Positions 1 to 12,785 of a stretch of DNA of 64,000 nucleotides are shown here, in pieces. This DNA comes from an uncultured Gemmatimonadales bacterium (GTDB lineage Bacteria > Gemmatimonadota > Gemmatimonadetes > Gemmatimonadales > GWC2-71-9), in contig CAWHFW010000002.1 of the NCBI GenBank assembly GCA_963828735.1, positions 448,001-512,000 on the forward strand, given 5' to 3'. The stretch's first letter is position 1; every line of letters begins with the position of its first letter. The notes under the pieces are model-generated. The model searched no databases. It was given only the letters and a program-made list of their open reading frames with translations, and was not told the DNA's origin. Made by a program: the position numbers and the translations under genes.

Positions 1-1000
1 CCTTGTCGAAGGGTCCTTCCATGAACAGCTGGACCTGGCTGTGCTGATCGGTGGCGCCCACGGCTGCCACGGGCGTGGGCCCGCTGTGCACTTCCCCGCC
101 CTCACGGCTCACGCGCTTGCCCAGGCTTTCGGCCCAGAGCTGCCGATACCACTCGGCGAACTCGCGCAGCCGGTCGGTGTAGGGCATCACCACGTGGATG
201 CGGGCGCCGAGATCGGCGTCGGCGGCCCAGTGAAGGGCGGCGTACAGTGCCGCGGGATTCGCGCGGAGGTCGTCCGCCTCGGCGCGCGCGACCGCGCGGG
301 CGGCGCCGGCCAGCAGCGCTGAGATGTCCACGCCGACCAGGGCCGCGGGCAGAAGCCCGACCGGCGAGAGCACGCTGAATCGGCCACCGACGTCCGGCGG
401 CACGCTGAGCGTCGCGATGCCGTCGCGCGCGGCGATCTCGCGGAGCGCGCCCCGCGCCGGGTCGGTCGTGAATACCAGATGACGGTGCGCGGCGCCGCCC
501 AGCGCGTCCTCGAGCCATGCGCGCACGACGAGATACTGCGCCATCGTCTCCGCGGTGCCGCCCGACTTGCTGATGACGTTCACCAGCACCCGACGCGGAT
601 CGATGCGGCGGAGCGCCGCACCCACCGTCGTCGGATCGACGTTGTCGAGGACCGTGAGCCGCGGGAAGAACTCCCGCCCCTCGTCGTCCCACTCGTTCCA
701 CGCCGGGCGTCGAAGCGCGGTGAGCAGCGCCCTGACGCCGAGCGCCGAGCCGCCGATGCCGAGAACGAGCACGTGGTCGTACGCCTGCCCGACCCCCTCG
801 GCGAACTGGGTGATCTCGCGGACCTGGCCCGCCTGATCGACGAGCTTGTAGAAGCCGTACTCGCCGGCGGCCCGACGGCCGCGGACCTCCGCCTGCACGG
901 CGCCGAACCGCGCGGCCAGCGCGTCGAGACGCGCGCGCGGAAGCCCGTGAACCCCGTCGAGCGCGTCCTGCAACATCCGCCCGTAGGCCAGCCTGATCAC
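1..1000 (-). CDS. pgi: Glucose-6-phosphate isomerase (3' end runs off the window)
   Basis: Manual translation from the GTG at 1000 gives MIRLAYGRMLQ...VLGIGGSALG...VISKSGGTAET...VGGRFSVLS...GATDQHSQVQLFMEGPFDK. The start overlaps the upstream stop (GTGA). Not listed in the ORF track. Confidence 0.95.
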   Translation of the reverse strand, partial: MIRLAYGRMLQDALDGVHGLPRARLDALAARFGAVQAEVRGRRAAGEYGFYKLVDQAGQVREITQFAEGVGQAYDHVLVLGIGGSALGVRALLTALRRPAWNEWDDEGREFFPRLTVLDNVDPTTVGAALRRIDPRRVLVNVISKSGGTAETMAQYLVVRAWLEDALGGAAHRHLVFTTDPARGALREIAARDGIATLSVPPDVGGRFSVLSPVGLLPAALVGVDISALLAGAARAVARAEADDLRANPAALYAALHWAADADLGARIHVVMPYTDRLREFAEWYRQLWAESLGKRVSREGGEVHSGPTPVAAVGATDQHSQVQLFMEGPFDK

Positions 1001-1770
1001 GGCACCTCCACGGTGAGTCCGTCGTACGCCGGAAGGATGCCCGGCGGCAACTGGGCGGCGAGCTCCGCGTGCCCGGTTTCATGCGTCAGATGGGTGAGAT
1101 AGGTGCGGCGGGCGCCGAGGGCCTGCGCGGTTTCGACCGCCTCTCCGATGCTCAGGTGCGTCGGGTGCGGGCGCCACCACAGCGCGTTGAGCACGAGCGT
1201 GTCGAGGCCGGCGAGATGGCGCCGCTCCGCGGGGTCCACGGCTTTCACGTCGGTGAGGTAGGCCAGCGCGCCGACTCGATATCCGTACACCCGGAGATTG
1301 CCGTGGCGGAACGCCAGCGGCAGCACCTCGATGCCGGCCACCTGGACGGCGCGGCCGGGCTCGATCGCGTGCAGTTCCAGCTCGGGCTTCGAGGTCCCCT
1401 CGTACGGGCGCACCTCGTCGAAGATGTAGCTGAAGCAGCGGCGCAGACGATCGAGCGTTTCGGGCGGGCCGTACAGCGGCAACGCACGCCGCTGGCGCAT
1501 CGAGAAGACGCGTAGATCATCGATGCCGTTCGTGTGATCGGCGTGCTCGTGCGTGTACAACACCGCGTCCACGTGCGTCACGCCGCTGGCGATGAGCTGC
1601 AGACGCAGCTCCGGCGGCGTGTCGATCAGGATCACCGACTCTCCCACCTCGATCACCGCGGCCGACCGGGTGCGCTTGTCGCGCGGGTCGGCCGATCCAC
1701 AGACGGCACACGGGCAGCCGATCTGGGGCACGCCGAACGACGTGCCCGTGCCGAGAAAGGTGAGCCGCAT
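997..1770 (-). CDS. Metallo-beta-lactamase-fold hydrolase, PhnP-like
   Basis: FLGTGTSFGVP, CPCAVC zinc site, THEHADH motif, HPTH, THLTH. Confidence 0.9.
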   Translation of the reverse strand: MRLTFLGTGTSFGVPQIGCPCAVCGSADPRDKRTRSAAVIEVGESVILIDTPPELRLQLIASGVTHVDAVLYTHEHADHTNGIDDLRVFSMRQRRALPLYGPPETLDRLRRCFSYIFDEVRPYEGTSKPELELHAIEPGRAVQVAGIEVLPLAFRHGNLRVYGYRVGALAYLTDVKAVDPAERRHLAGLDTLVLNALWWRPHPTHLSIGEAVETAQALGARRTYLTHLTHETGHAELAAQLPPGILPAYDGLTVEVP

Positions 1771-1773
1771 GTC

Positions 1774-3237
<1,464 letters not shown>

Positions 3238-3261
3238 GGAAGGGAGTTTAATGCCGGCTCG

Positions 3262-4833
3262 TCAGCCCTGCATCACGACCTCGCCACGCACCACGGTGAG
3301 GCACGCCCGGCCGGCGCGAACGGCCTCGCCGGAGCCGCGCTCGACTGCGGGATCGAACGACCACGCGACCAGATCGGCATCCCACCCGGGACTCAGCCGT
3401 CCGGCGCGCTCCGCCCATCCGCCGGCGTGGGCCGCGCCGACCGTGTAGGCGCGCACCGCGTCCTCGAACCCGAGCTTTTCGTCGGCGCGCCACCCACCTC
3501 GGGGGGAGCCCGTGTCGTCCCGGCGCTCGAGCGCCGCGAAGAGGCCCTCCCGCGGGTCGATCGAGGCGACGGGCACGTCGCTCCCGAAGACCAGCGCGGT
3601 TCCACGGCGGCGCAACGTCTCGAACGCGTAGGCCCCGCGGCCGCGCGAGCCCCAGTGCCGCTCCACCAGCGGGATGTCGGTGAGCAGATGCGCCGGTTGC
3701 ATCGACACGACGAGCGCCGCCCTGGCCGCGCGGTCCAGGTCGTCCGGATGGACGCACTGGAAATGCTCGATGCGATGGGGGATGGTGACACGGGGCAATG
3801 CCACCATCAGGTCCAGCGCGCGTCGCACCGCCGCATCGCCGATGGCGTGCACCACGGCCGCGATGCCGGCGTCCGCCGCCGCGCGCATCGCGCGCGCCGC
3901 CTCGTCCTCGGTCGTGATCGGCATGCCGCGGTCACGGGTGCCTTCGTACGGCCCGAGCATCCACGCCGTTCGACTGCCGAGGCTGCCGTCGAGAAACATC
4001 TTGACCCCGCCGATCCGGAGCCATTCGGAACCTGTCCCGCTGCGAACACCCCGCCGCACCAGGGAGGGAAGCGACGTGACGGGGGGATGAAACAAGACCC
4101 GCAGCCGGAGCGCGTCGGCCGCCTCGAGGCGCTCGAACGCCGCCAGGGCCGCGTCGGTCTCCACGTCGTGAATGCCCGTCACGCCCAGGCGATGTGCCTC
4201 GGTCTGAGCCTCGCGCAGCGCCTCGTCAAGCAACTCCGCAGGCGGCTCCGGCAGATAAGGCAGCATCAGCTCGACGGCGCGCTCGAGCAGGAGCCCGGTG
4301 GGCTCGCCGGCCGCGTCGCGCACGATGCGCCCACCGAATGGATCGGGTGTCGCGCGGGTGATTCCCGCCCGGGCCAACGCCGCGCTGTTGACCCAGGCGG
4401 CGTGGACGTCCAACGAGTCGAGATAGACGGGGGCCGCCTGCACCGCATCCAACGCCAGTCGATCGGGCGTCCGAACCCATTCGTTCGCGTCCCAGCCCTG
4501 ACCCACGATCCACCCCTGCACCGGTCGCGCGGCCGCCACGCGCCGCAGGGCCTCCTCGCGAGACTCCGCACCGGCGAGCTGAACGTGCCGACGATTCATC
4601 GCCCACATGGCGAAGTGGGTGTGCCCGTCCACGAAGCCGGGGGTGACGAGCGCACCGGGAAACTCGAACAATGGAGTGCCTTCGGGGACCATCGGCGCGA
4701 CCGCGGAAGCCGGTCCCACCGCCTCGATGCGCCCGCCACGCCACCAGATCGAGTCGCCCGAAACGCTCGGATCGAACGTGAAGATGCGACGCGCCCTCAG
4801 GAAACCAGAAGCGGTCGGATCAGGCGCCTTCAT
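3262..4833 (-). CDS. Metal-dependent amidohydrolase (YtcJ/Amidohydro_3 family)
   Basis: [39 protein letters not shown]. Start placed at the ATG at 4833 (uncertain). Confidence 0.92.
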   Translation of the reverse strand: MKAPDPTASGFLRARRIFTFDPSVSGDSIWWRGGRIEAVGPASAVAPMVPEGTPLFEFPGALVTPGFVDGHTHFAMWAMNRRHVQLAGAESREEALRRVAAARPVQGWIVGQGWDANEWVRTPDRLALDAVQAAPVYLDSLDVHAAWVNSAALARAGITRATPDPFGGRIVRDAAGEPTGLLLERAVELMLPYLPEPPAELLDEALREAQTEAHRLGVTGIHDVETDAALAAFERLEAADALRLRVLFHPPVTSLPSLVRRGVRSGTGSEWLRIGGVKMFLDGSLGSRTAWMLGPYEGTRDRGMPITTEDEAARAMRAAADAGIAAVVHAIGDAAVRRALDLMVALPRVTIPHRIEHFQCVHPDDLDRAARAALVVSMQPAHLLTDIPLVERHWGSRGRGAYAFETLRRRGTALVFGSDVPVASIDPREGLFAALERRDDTGSPRGGWRADEKLGFEDAVRAYTVGAAHAGGWAERAGRLSPGWDADLVAWSFDPAVERGSGEAVRAGRACLTVVRGEVVMQG

Positions 4834-5124
4834 GCGACCGAAAGGGCCTGGACGGGCGGTTTCCACATGTTGAAAACTCGGCCAAGTGCATATCTGGATT
4901 CGGGGAAATCGGGCAGGAAAAGGATCACGTGACGGCAAGAATCTGCTTCATATCGATCCGCCAACATGCTGCCAATACTACTGATAGTCGCTACCAGATT
5001 ACTAGACCTCGAACAAGGCGACAGAGTCGCGATGGTCCCATTATTTATTCAGATCAAGCGATTATGAACATCTTCGACATGGACGCTGCTGCACGTTCCT
5101 GCGTTGGTGGTGGGGAGCCGAAGA

Positions 5125-5958
5125 TCAGCGGCCAAGCGTGAGTTTCCCTCCCCCACCGCGATACGACGGCCCTGCGAACCGAGTGGGCGATGCCCTGAGC
5201 GCCTTCGCGAACGCATCTTTGCCATCCACCTTGAGGGAGCCCACCATCGCCTGCGAATATGCGGGGTCGAGCGCGATCGCTCCACTCGCCACGCTGGTCT
5301 TGAGGCCGGCGGTAGACCAGGACGTGATCACGGGTTCCCGTACGGGGGCGCGCTCTCCGGCCAGGCGACCATCCCAGATGATCGTCGTCTTCCGCAGCTT
5401 CACCTGAAAGCGGTCGTCCGAGCTTGGGACGCCGTTCTCGTCTTCTACCGGCACTTTGCCGACGGTCAGCCGCGCCTCGTGCATCTCCTGCCCCGCCAGG
5501 CGCGCCGTGCGGACGAGCCGATCGCTGTTGGTGAAGAACTCGAGCGCCACGTCCTGCGCGACGCCGGACGGCCCACTGGCGAGCACGGTCCAGAAGGCGA
5601 TCATCTGCGGATGCTTGCCGCTCTTGTCGGCCAGCAGATAGTCCTTGGTCCGGATGCTGTCGACGGTGGTGAAGCAGAGCCGGGATGGGCTCCACCCGGC
5701 GAACTCCGGCTGGCCCTCGACGACGCCTCGAAGGGAGACGTGTAGATCAGCGGCCGCGGAGGCGGGAATGGCGTGATACCCCGTCGGTAGCTGCTGCATG
5801 AGCTCCGAGGCCGGGTCGAGCAGCAGCTGCATGCAGAACGCCGCCCGCAGGCCGCTGAGCTCCCAGGTACTCGCCTCCGCCTCGGCCTCCTGGCCCCGCA
5901 ACGGGGTGGCGGCAACGAGCGTCGCCGCCGCCAGGCCCAGGATGAACGAAGGACGCAT
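5125..5958 (-). CDS. Exported hypothetical protein
   Basis: Signal-peptide-like N-terminus MRPSFILGLAAATLVAATPLRGQ; normal composition; no family recognised with confidence. Confidence 0.75.
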   Translation of the reverse strand: MRPSFILGLAAATLVAATPLRGQEAEAEASTWELSGLRAAFCMQLLLDPASELMQQLPTGYHAIPASAAADLHVSLRGVVEGQPEFAGWSPSRLCFTTVDSIRTKDYLLADKSGKHPQMIAFWTVLASGPSGVAQDVALEFFTNSDRLVRTARLAGQEMHEARLTVGKVPVEDENGVPSSDDRFQVKLRKTTIIWDGRLAGERAPVREPVITSWSTAGLKTSVASGAIALDPAYSQAMVGSLKVDGKDAFAKALRASPTRFAGPSYRGGGGKLTLGR

Positions 5959-5990
5959 CGGCGGCTCCGCGAGACGGGTGGTGGTCGAGG

Positions 5991-6619
5991 TCAGCCGGCC
6001 CGTGAACGACGGACGGCGGCCCCCAGTTCGGAGTAGTGCTTCGGGTCCAGCGCGTTGAAGCGCAGGTTGCGGTAGGTCACCTTGCCATCCGGCCCGACCA
6101 CGTAGACGACCCGACGCAGGTACCCGGACCGATCGTTGGCCGCATACTTCCGGGCCACCTGCTGCTGCGGATCGCTCAGCAGCCGGAAGGGCAGGTTCAG
6201 GCTCGTCGCGAACCGCGTGTGGGTCGCCAGCGAATCGGTGCTGATGCCGACGACCACGACGTCGGGCCCGAACAGCGAGTCATACTGCTCGCCGAAGGTG
6301 CGCATCTCGGCGGTGCACCCGCTGGTGAAGTCGCGGGGATAGAAGGCAACGACGACCGTCTTGCCTCGATCCAGCGCCAGGTCGTACGGCTGATCCGCCG
6401 GGCCCACGCCGTCCTTGTTGGCCCAGGGAAGCCGGAAGGTCGGCGCCCGGTGCCCGACGTCGGGCCCCGACACCATGACCGCGGTCGGTGGGCCGGCCGC
6501 CGAATCCTTCGTGGGGGCCTGGGCCTGAAGGCCCGGGGCGGCGATCACACAAAGGACGACGGCGGCAGCGGCGATTGCACGAAGCGACATGGCAACGGTC
6601 TTTCCGAACGAAGGGTTGG

Positions 6620-6623
<4 letters not shown>
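5991..6623 (-). CDS. Exported peroxiredoxin (BCP/PrxQ-like, AhpC/TSA family)
   Basis: FYPRDFTSGCTAE contains the PxxxTxxC motif; hydrophobic leader ending LQA-Q; the ATG at 6623 overlaps the upstream stop. Confidence 0.9.
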
Positions 6624-7119
<496 letters not shown>

Positions 7120-7123
<4 letters not shown>

Positions 7124-7836
7124 AGGACGCCACCCATCTTCACGAGGTAGTACTCCGCCATGCCGACGAGCACGATGCCGCCCGCTCGTTTGACCCAGAG
7201 CGTCCATCGGCCCGGCCGGGGAAGCGCGGTCAGAATGCCGCTTGTCGCGCCCACCAGCACCAGAATCGCCGTCAGCCCGAGCGAAAACGCCAGGAGATAG
7301 AGCAGACCGAGCACGGCGCTGTGGGTGGCGGCCACGAAGGTCAGGACAGCGGCGAACGCCGGCGCGCCGCACGGCGCCGCGACCAGGCCGGAAGCGGCAC
7401 CCATGCCGAACGCGGCCGGCACGGATCCGCCGCGCAGGCCCTGCGCCCAGGCTGCCACCGCCTGCGGCACCGCCACCGGCACGATGTCCAGCATCGCGAG
7501 CCCGGCGAGCAGGAGCACGTTGGCCATCGCGAAATACGCCCACGGATTCGAGCTCACCGCCCCGAAGATGGTGCCGGTCAGTCCTGCCAGCAGCCCCAGC
7601 AGCGAGTAGACGAGCGCGAGGCCGGCCACGTACGCGCCGGTGAGCAGGGCCGTGCGTCCGCGCGATCGACCCGCCGCCCCAGCGCCCCCCAGGATCCCCG
7701 CCGTGATGGGAATCATCGGATAGATGCACGGCGTCAGGCTCGTCGCGACGCCCGCGCCGAAGAGCAGCGGCACCGCGACCAGCGGTCGTTCCCTCAGCGT
7801 GGCGTCGAGGCCGTCGAGCAACAGGAGTGAAAGCAC
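7120..7836 (-). CDS. DsbD-beta/CcdA-type membrane disulfide electron transporter
   Basis: TSLTPCIYPMIP and AAPCGAP Pro-Cys motifs; about six hydrophobic segments. Start uncertain. Confidence 0.9.
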
Positions 7837-7837
7837 G

Positions 7838-9097
<1,260 letters not shown>

Positions 9098-9163
9098 GGC
9101 CGGAATATAACGCGGCCCGGACTCGTTCTTGCGCCCGGTTCCGGGTCAGGATGAGATTCGTGC

Positions 9164-10171
9164 ATGCCTTCGGCCACCTCGCCAGCCGTGCCGCGTGCCG
9201 CGATCACCGCCGTCGCCGGGTACGTGCCCGAGCGCCGCGTCACCAACGCAGAGCTCGCGACCCGGCTCGACACCTCGGATGACTGGATCGTCACGCGAAC
9301 CGGCATCCGGGAGCGCCGCATCGGTGCGCCCGGGGAGACCACGTCCACCATGAGCGCCCAGGCGGTGCGCCGCCTCATGGAGCAGCGGGGTCTGGGCGCC
9401 GAGGACATCGGGGCATTGATCGTCGCGACCGTCACGCCCGACATGGTCTTCCCGGCCACTGCCTGTCTGATCCAGGACCAGGTGGGCCTGGTGAACACCT
9501 GGGGCTTCGACCTCTCGGCCGCGTGCTCCGGCTTTCTGTACGCGCTCACGACGGGCGCCCAGTTCGTGGCCGCAGGCACGTACCGGCGCGTCGTTGTCGT
9601 CGGGGCCGATCTGATGAGCGCGATCATCGATCCCCTCGACCGAACGACCGCCGTCCTGTTCGGCGATGGCGCGGGCGCCGTGCTCCTCGAGCCAGCCGAG
9701 CCAGGGTATGGCCTTCTCGATTTCTACCATCGGGTGGACGGAAGCGGCCGCGATGACCTGCTTATGCCGGCCGGCGGCAGCGCGCGCCCGGCGACCGTCG
9801 AGACGGTCGAGGCGCGGGAGCACTACCTTCGGCAGAACGGCAAGACGGTCTTCAAGTTCGCGGTGTCCCAGATGGCCGAATGCATCACCGTCCTCCTCAA
9901 GCGCCACCAGCTCACCCCCGACGACATCGCGATGGTCATCCCGCACCAGGCGAATCAGCGCATCCTCGACGCCACCGCCGAGCGGCTCGGGCTTCCCGAG
10001 GGACGCATGGCGACGGTGATCGCCCGCTACGGCAACACGACCGCGGCGACGCTGCCGCTCGCCCTGGACGACGTGGTGCGCGATGGGCGGGTCAAACGGG
10101 GAGACCTGGTGATCTTCGTGGCCGTGGGGGCGGGCTTCACCGTTGGGGCGACCCTGCTGCGCTGGCAATAG
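9164..10171 (+). CDS. fabH: 3-oxoacyl-ACP synthase III
   Basis: DLSAACSGF (Cys), PHQANQRI (His), GNTTAAT (Asn), LFGDGAGA. Confidence 0.96.
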   Translation: MPSATSPAVPRAAITAVAGYVPERRVTNAELATRLDTSDDWIVTRTGIRERRIGAPGETTSTMSAQAVRRLMEQRGLGAEDIGALIVATVTPDMVFPATACLIQDQVGLVNTWGFDLSAACSGFLYALTTGAQFVAAGTYRRVVVVGADLMSAIIDPLDRTTAVLFGDGAGAVLLEPAEPGYGLLDFYHRVDGSGRDDLLMPAGGSARPATVETVEAREHYLRQNGKTVFKFAVSQMAECITVLLKRHQLTPDDIAMVIPHQANQRILDATAERLGLPEGRMATVIARYGNTTAATLPLALDDVVRDGRVKRGDLVIFVAVGAGFTVGATLLRWQ

Positions 10172-10228
10172 TCGACGCCGTGGCGGGGCAGCCCGTATCC
10201 CGCGCGCGGAACCACGGCCCGCACACTC

Positions 10229-11104
10229 CTACGCCCGCGAGAACACCGCCCCGTCGATGGCCGCGAGATCGTCCTCCGGCAACTCCAGCTCCGCGGCTCC
10301 GACGCTATCGAGCGCGTGCTCGACCTTGCGCGCGCTGGGAATGACGATGACGGTCGGGGACTGGGCCAGCACCCATGCGAGAACGACCGCGTGGGCCGAC
10401 ACGCCGAGCCGGCCGGCGATCCCCGCGACCACCGGATGGCTCGGCAGCCTGAGGTTGAGCCGGCCGCCGCCGGTCGGGCTGTACGCGAGGAAGCCGATCC
10501 CCTGCTCCGCGCAGTACTGGACGACACCGCTGGTCAGCGACTCACGGAAGAACGGGTTGAGCCGATTCTGTACCGAGGTGATGGGCACGATGGCCTGTGC
10601 CTCCCGGATCTGCGCGACGCTCACGTTCGACAGGCCAACCCACCTGATCTTGCCCTCCTCTCGCAGCCTGGCGAGCTCGCCGACGCTGGCCGCGGCCGGC
10701 ACTTTCGGATCCGGCGCGTGCAGCTGGTAGAGCGCCAGGCAGTCCACCTCGAGGGCGCGCAGCGATCGCTCGCAGGCGGCGCGAAGCTGCGCGGGACTGG
10801 CATCGCTCTCCCAGCGCCCTTCCGGTCGCACGACGCCGCCCTTCGTGGCGACCGTCACGGTGGCCGCGTCGCCCCCCCATGATGCGAGCGCCCGGGCGAT
10901 GAGCCGCTCGTTGTGACCGATGTCGCGCTCATCGAGACAGTAGACGTCGGCCGTGTCGATCAGCGTGACGCCGGCGTCGAGCGCGGCATGGAGCACGCGA
11001 ATGCCCTGGGCCTCGGGCGGCCGGCCGTCGATTGAGAGATGCATGCCGCCGTAGCCTACCGACGAGACGGTCGGCGCGGCGGGCCCGAGCGGCCGCTGTC
11101 TCAC
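10229..11104 (-). CDS. Aldo/keto reductase
   Basis: IDTADVY, VATKGG, LYQLHAPD, GLSNV, AYSP, IPSARK. Confidence 0.95.
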   Translation of the reverse strand: MRQRPLGPAAPTVSSVGYGGMHLSIDGRPPEAQGIRVLHAALDAGVTLIDTADVYCLDERDIGHNERLIARALASWGGDAATVTVATKGGVVRPEGRWESDASPAQLRAACERSLRALEVDCLALYQLHAPDPKVPAAASVGELARLREEGKIRWVGLSNVSVAQIREAQAIVPITSVQNRLNPFFRESLTSGVVQYCAEQGIGFLAYSPTGGGRLNLRLPSHPVVAGIAGRLGVSAHAVVLAWVLAQSPTVIVIPSARKVEHALDSVGAAELELPEDDLAAIDGAVFSRA

Positions 11105-11325
11105 GCCGTGCTCGGCGCCCGGCGGAGAAGGGTCAGCAGCTCGATCCCCGCGGCGTGCAGGTCGCGGGCGAGCGGACCAAAGCTGTCACGGGTGGCAGGA
11201 TACTGGTGGGCCAGCACGGCGAGCGGGGACGCTGCGCCGGGCCGGCCTCCGGTGCGAGAGGTCAGGGTGACCTCGAGAATCACGCCGTCCGCCGCCGGGA
11301 CGGACAGCGCGAGCGGCGCAGGCAC
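11101..11325 (-). pseudogene. Probable truncated alpha/beta-hydrolase N-terminal fragment
   Basis: ADGVILEVTL...AVLAHQY...SFGPLARDLHAAGI resembles the first strands of serine hydrolases, but the ORF ends at 74 aa before any nucleophile motif. Confidence 0.45.
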
Positions 11326-11594
11326 TACGCCAACCCGAGCTGCCTCGTGAGGCGACGCCAGTCCTCGGCGGACACCACGCCTTCCTGGAGCAGCGGGGTC
11401 AGCGTGGCGAGGATCTCGGCACGGGTGCCGTCGATCCGGCGATCGCGCAGCTCGGTCACCATCCGCGAGAAGCGGTGCTCGTACTCGTCGGGCTTGATGC
11501 TGTCACTCGCCCGCATGCTGCTGAGCTTGCGCAGCTCCTCCGCGACGCGCGCCGGCGTCACCGGCTTGAGATTGCTACCCTGCTGGTCGGCCAT
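11325..11594 (-). CDS. Small protein with two SHOCT-like repeats
   Basis: EELRKLSSMRASDSIKPDEYEHR and LATLTPLLQEGVVSAEDWRRL; a GAGAGG ribosome-binding site lies upstream. Confidence 0.75.
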   Translation of the reverse strand: MADQQGSNLKPVTPARVAEELRKLSSMRASDSIKPDEYEHRFSRMVTELRDRRIDGTRAEILATLTPLLQEGVVSAEDWRRLTRQLGLA

Positions 11595-11645
11595 GTCGTA
11601 CCTCTCGCCTTTCGGTAAGAAAGAAGACCCGCCCGTGCTGCTGCA

Positions 11646-12233
11646 TTATGTCCCCCGCCGCCGCGCCGCGTCCAGGGTCGTGGTCGGATCGGCACCGCTC
11701 CAGGTGACGTCCGCCGTCGGGCCGTACGTCGGTGGGACGCGGTCTTCGAGCAGGCGCAGCGCGAGCCCGACCTGCGCACGGTGATGGGCCGTGTGGAGAA
11801 TCCGGCGCCATACCACCCAGATGCGCTGGCGGCGCACGTCGAAGAACGGCACCTCGGCGAGCCAGAACGCCTCGTCGCCGGCGGCAAGAGCCGCGAGGCG
11901 AGGACGCGCCAATGCCACCAGCCGGTCGATGTAGGCCTGGACGCCCGGCGCGGCCCCAGGCGGCAACAGCGCCTCCACGGCCGGCTCTTCCAGCGCGACG
12001 AACTCCGCGAAGAACCGCCGCTCGCTCAGTACCTGGTGGATGAGGATCTGACGGACCGAACTGCTCCGGGGGTGCGCCCGGAATTCGAGCTGGTCGTCCC
12101 GGAGCTCGCTCCAGACACCGGCGGTCTTGTTGGTCTCGGAGGCGTACGTATCGACGAGGTGCTGCAGGAGCGGTACCCTGGCTGAGGGAATCGCGTCGGC
12201 GGGGATGAACTCATGGTCGTAATGCATCGGCAT
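11646..12233 (-). CDS. DinB/YfiT-superfamily protein
   Basis: SVRQILIHQ and LHTAHHRAQ histidine pattern. Start uncertain (12227 or 12233). Confidence 0.88.
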   Translation of the reverse strand: MPMHYDHEFIPADAIPSARVPLLQHLVDTYASETNKTAGVWSELRDDQLEFRAHPRSSSVRQILIHQVLSERRFFAEFVALEEPAVEALLPPGAAPGVQAYIDRLVALARPRLAALAAGDEAFWLAEVPFFDVRRQRIWVVWRRILHTAHHRAQVGLALRLLEDRVPPTYGPTADVTWSGADPTTTLDAARRRGT

Positions 12234-12327
12234 GGCTGGCCTCGCCGGGCATTCGGGCAAATGCAGGACCCGGAGTATATCCCCTCTCGAGGGACGGAGT
12301 CACCCCGGTCCATGATCCACGCACACC

Positions 12328-12357
12328 GAAGGGGGCATGCCACGGCATGCCCCCTTC
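12328..12357 (-). terminator. Perfect 14-bp inverted repeat downstream of amtB-glnK
   Basis: GAAGGGGGCATGCC-AC-GGCATGCCCCCTTC, about 50 nt after the glnK stop; only a weak U-tract. Confidence 0.65.
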
Positions 12358-12405
12358 TTGTCCTTCGATGACGCGGCCGATGAGGCGGCGTGTGGCGCCT
12401 GCCGC

Positions 12406-12768
12406 CTAAGTGCCTACGAGGGCCGTAGGCGTCACCGCCTGCTCGTCCCGTTCCCCGGTGCGAATGCGGTGCACCTGATTCACGTCGAGGACGAATACCT
12501 TGCCATCACCCACTTCTCCGGTCCTGGCGGAAGCGAGAATGGCCTTCACGGTCACGTTCACGAACGGCTCGGAGACGCCGATCTCGAGCCGTACCTTCTC
12601 CTGCAGCTCCATCTTTACGGTGGTGCCCCGGTAGGTCTCCACCCGGTCGGTCTCGCCGCCGTGTCCGAGCACCCGCGAGACGGTCAAACCGGTCACTTCG
12701 GCGCGATACAACGCCTCGAGCACCTCGTTGAGGCGGTCAGGCCGGATGATGGCAACGATGAGCTTCAT
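12406..12768 (-). CDS. glnK: Nitrogen regulatory protein PII (GlnK-type by linkage to amtB)
   Basis: MKLIVAIIRP...ETYRG...RTGEVGDGKVFV...RIRTGE; a GGAGG ribosome-binding site lies upstream. Confidence 0.93.
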   Translation of the reverse strand: MKLIVAIIRPDRLNEVLEALYRAEVTGLTVSRVLGHGGETDRVETYRGTTVKMELQEKVRLEIGVSEPFVNVTVKAILASARTGEVGDGKVFVLDVNQVHRIRTGERDEQAVTPTALVGT

Positions 12769-12785
12769 GTCGATGTCCTCCGGCC

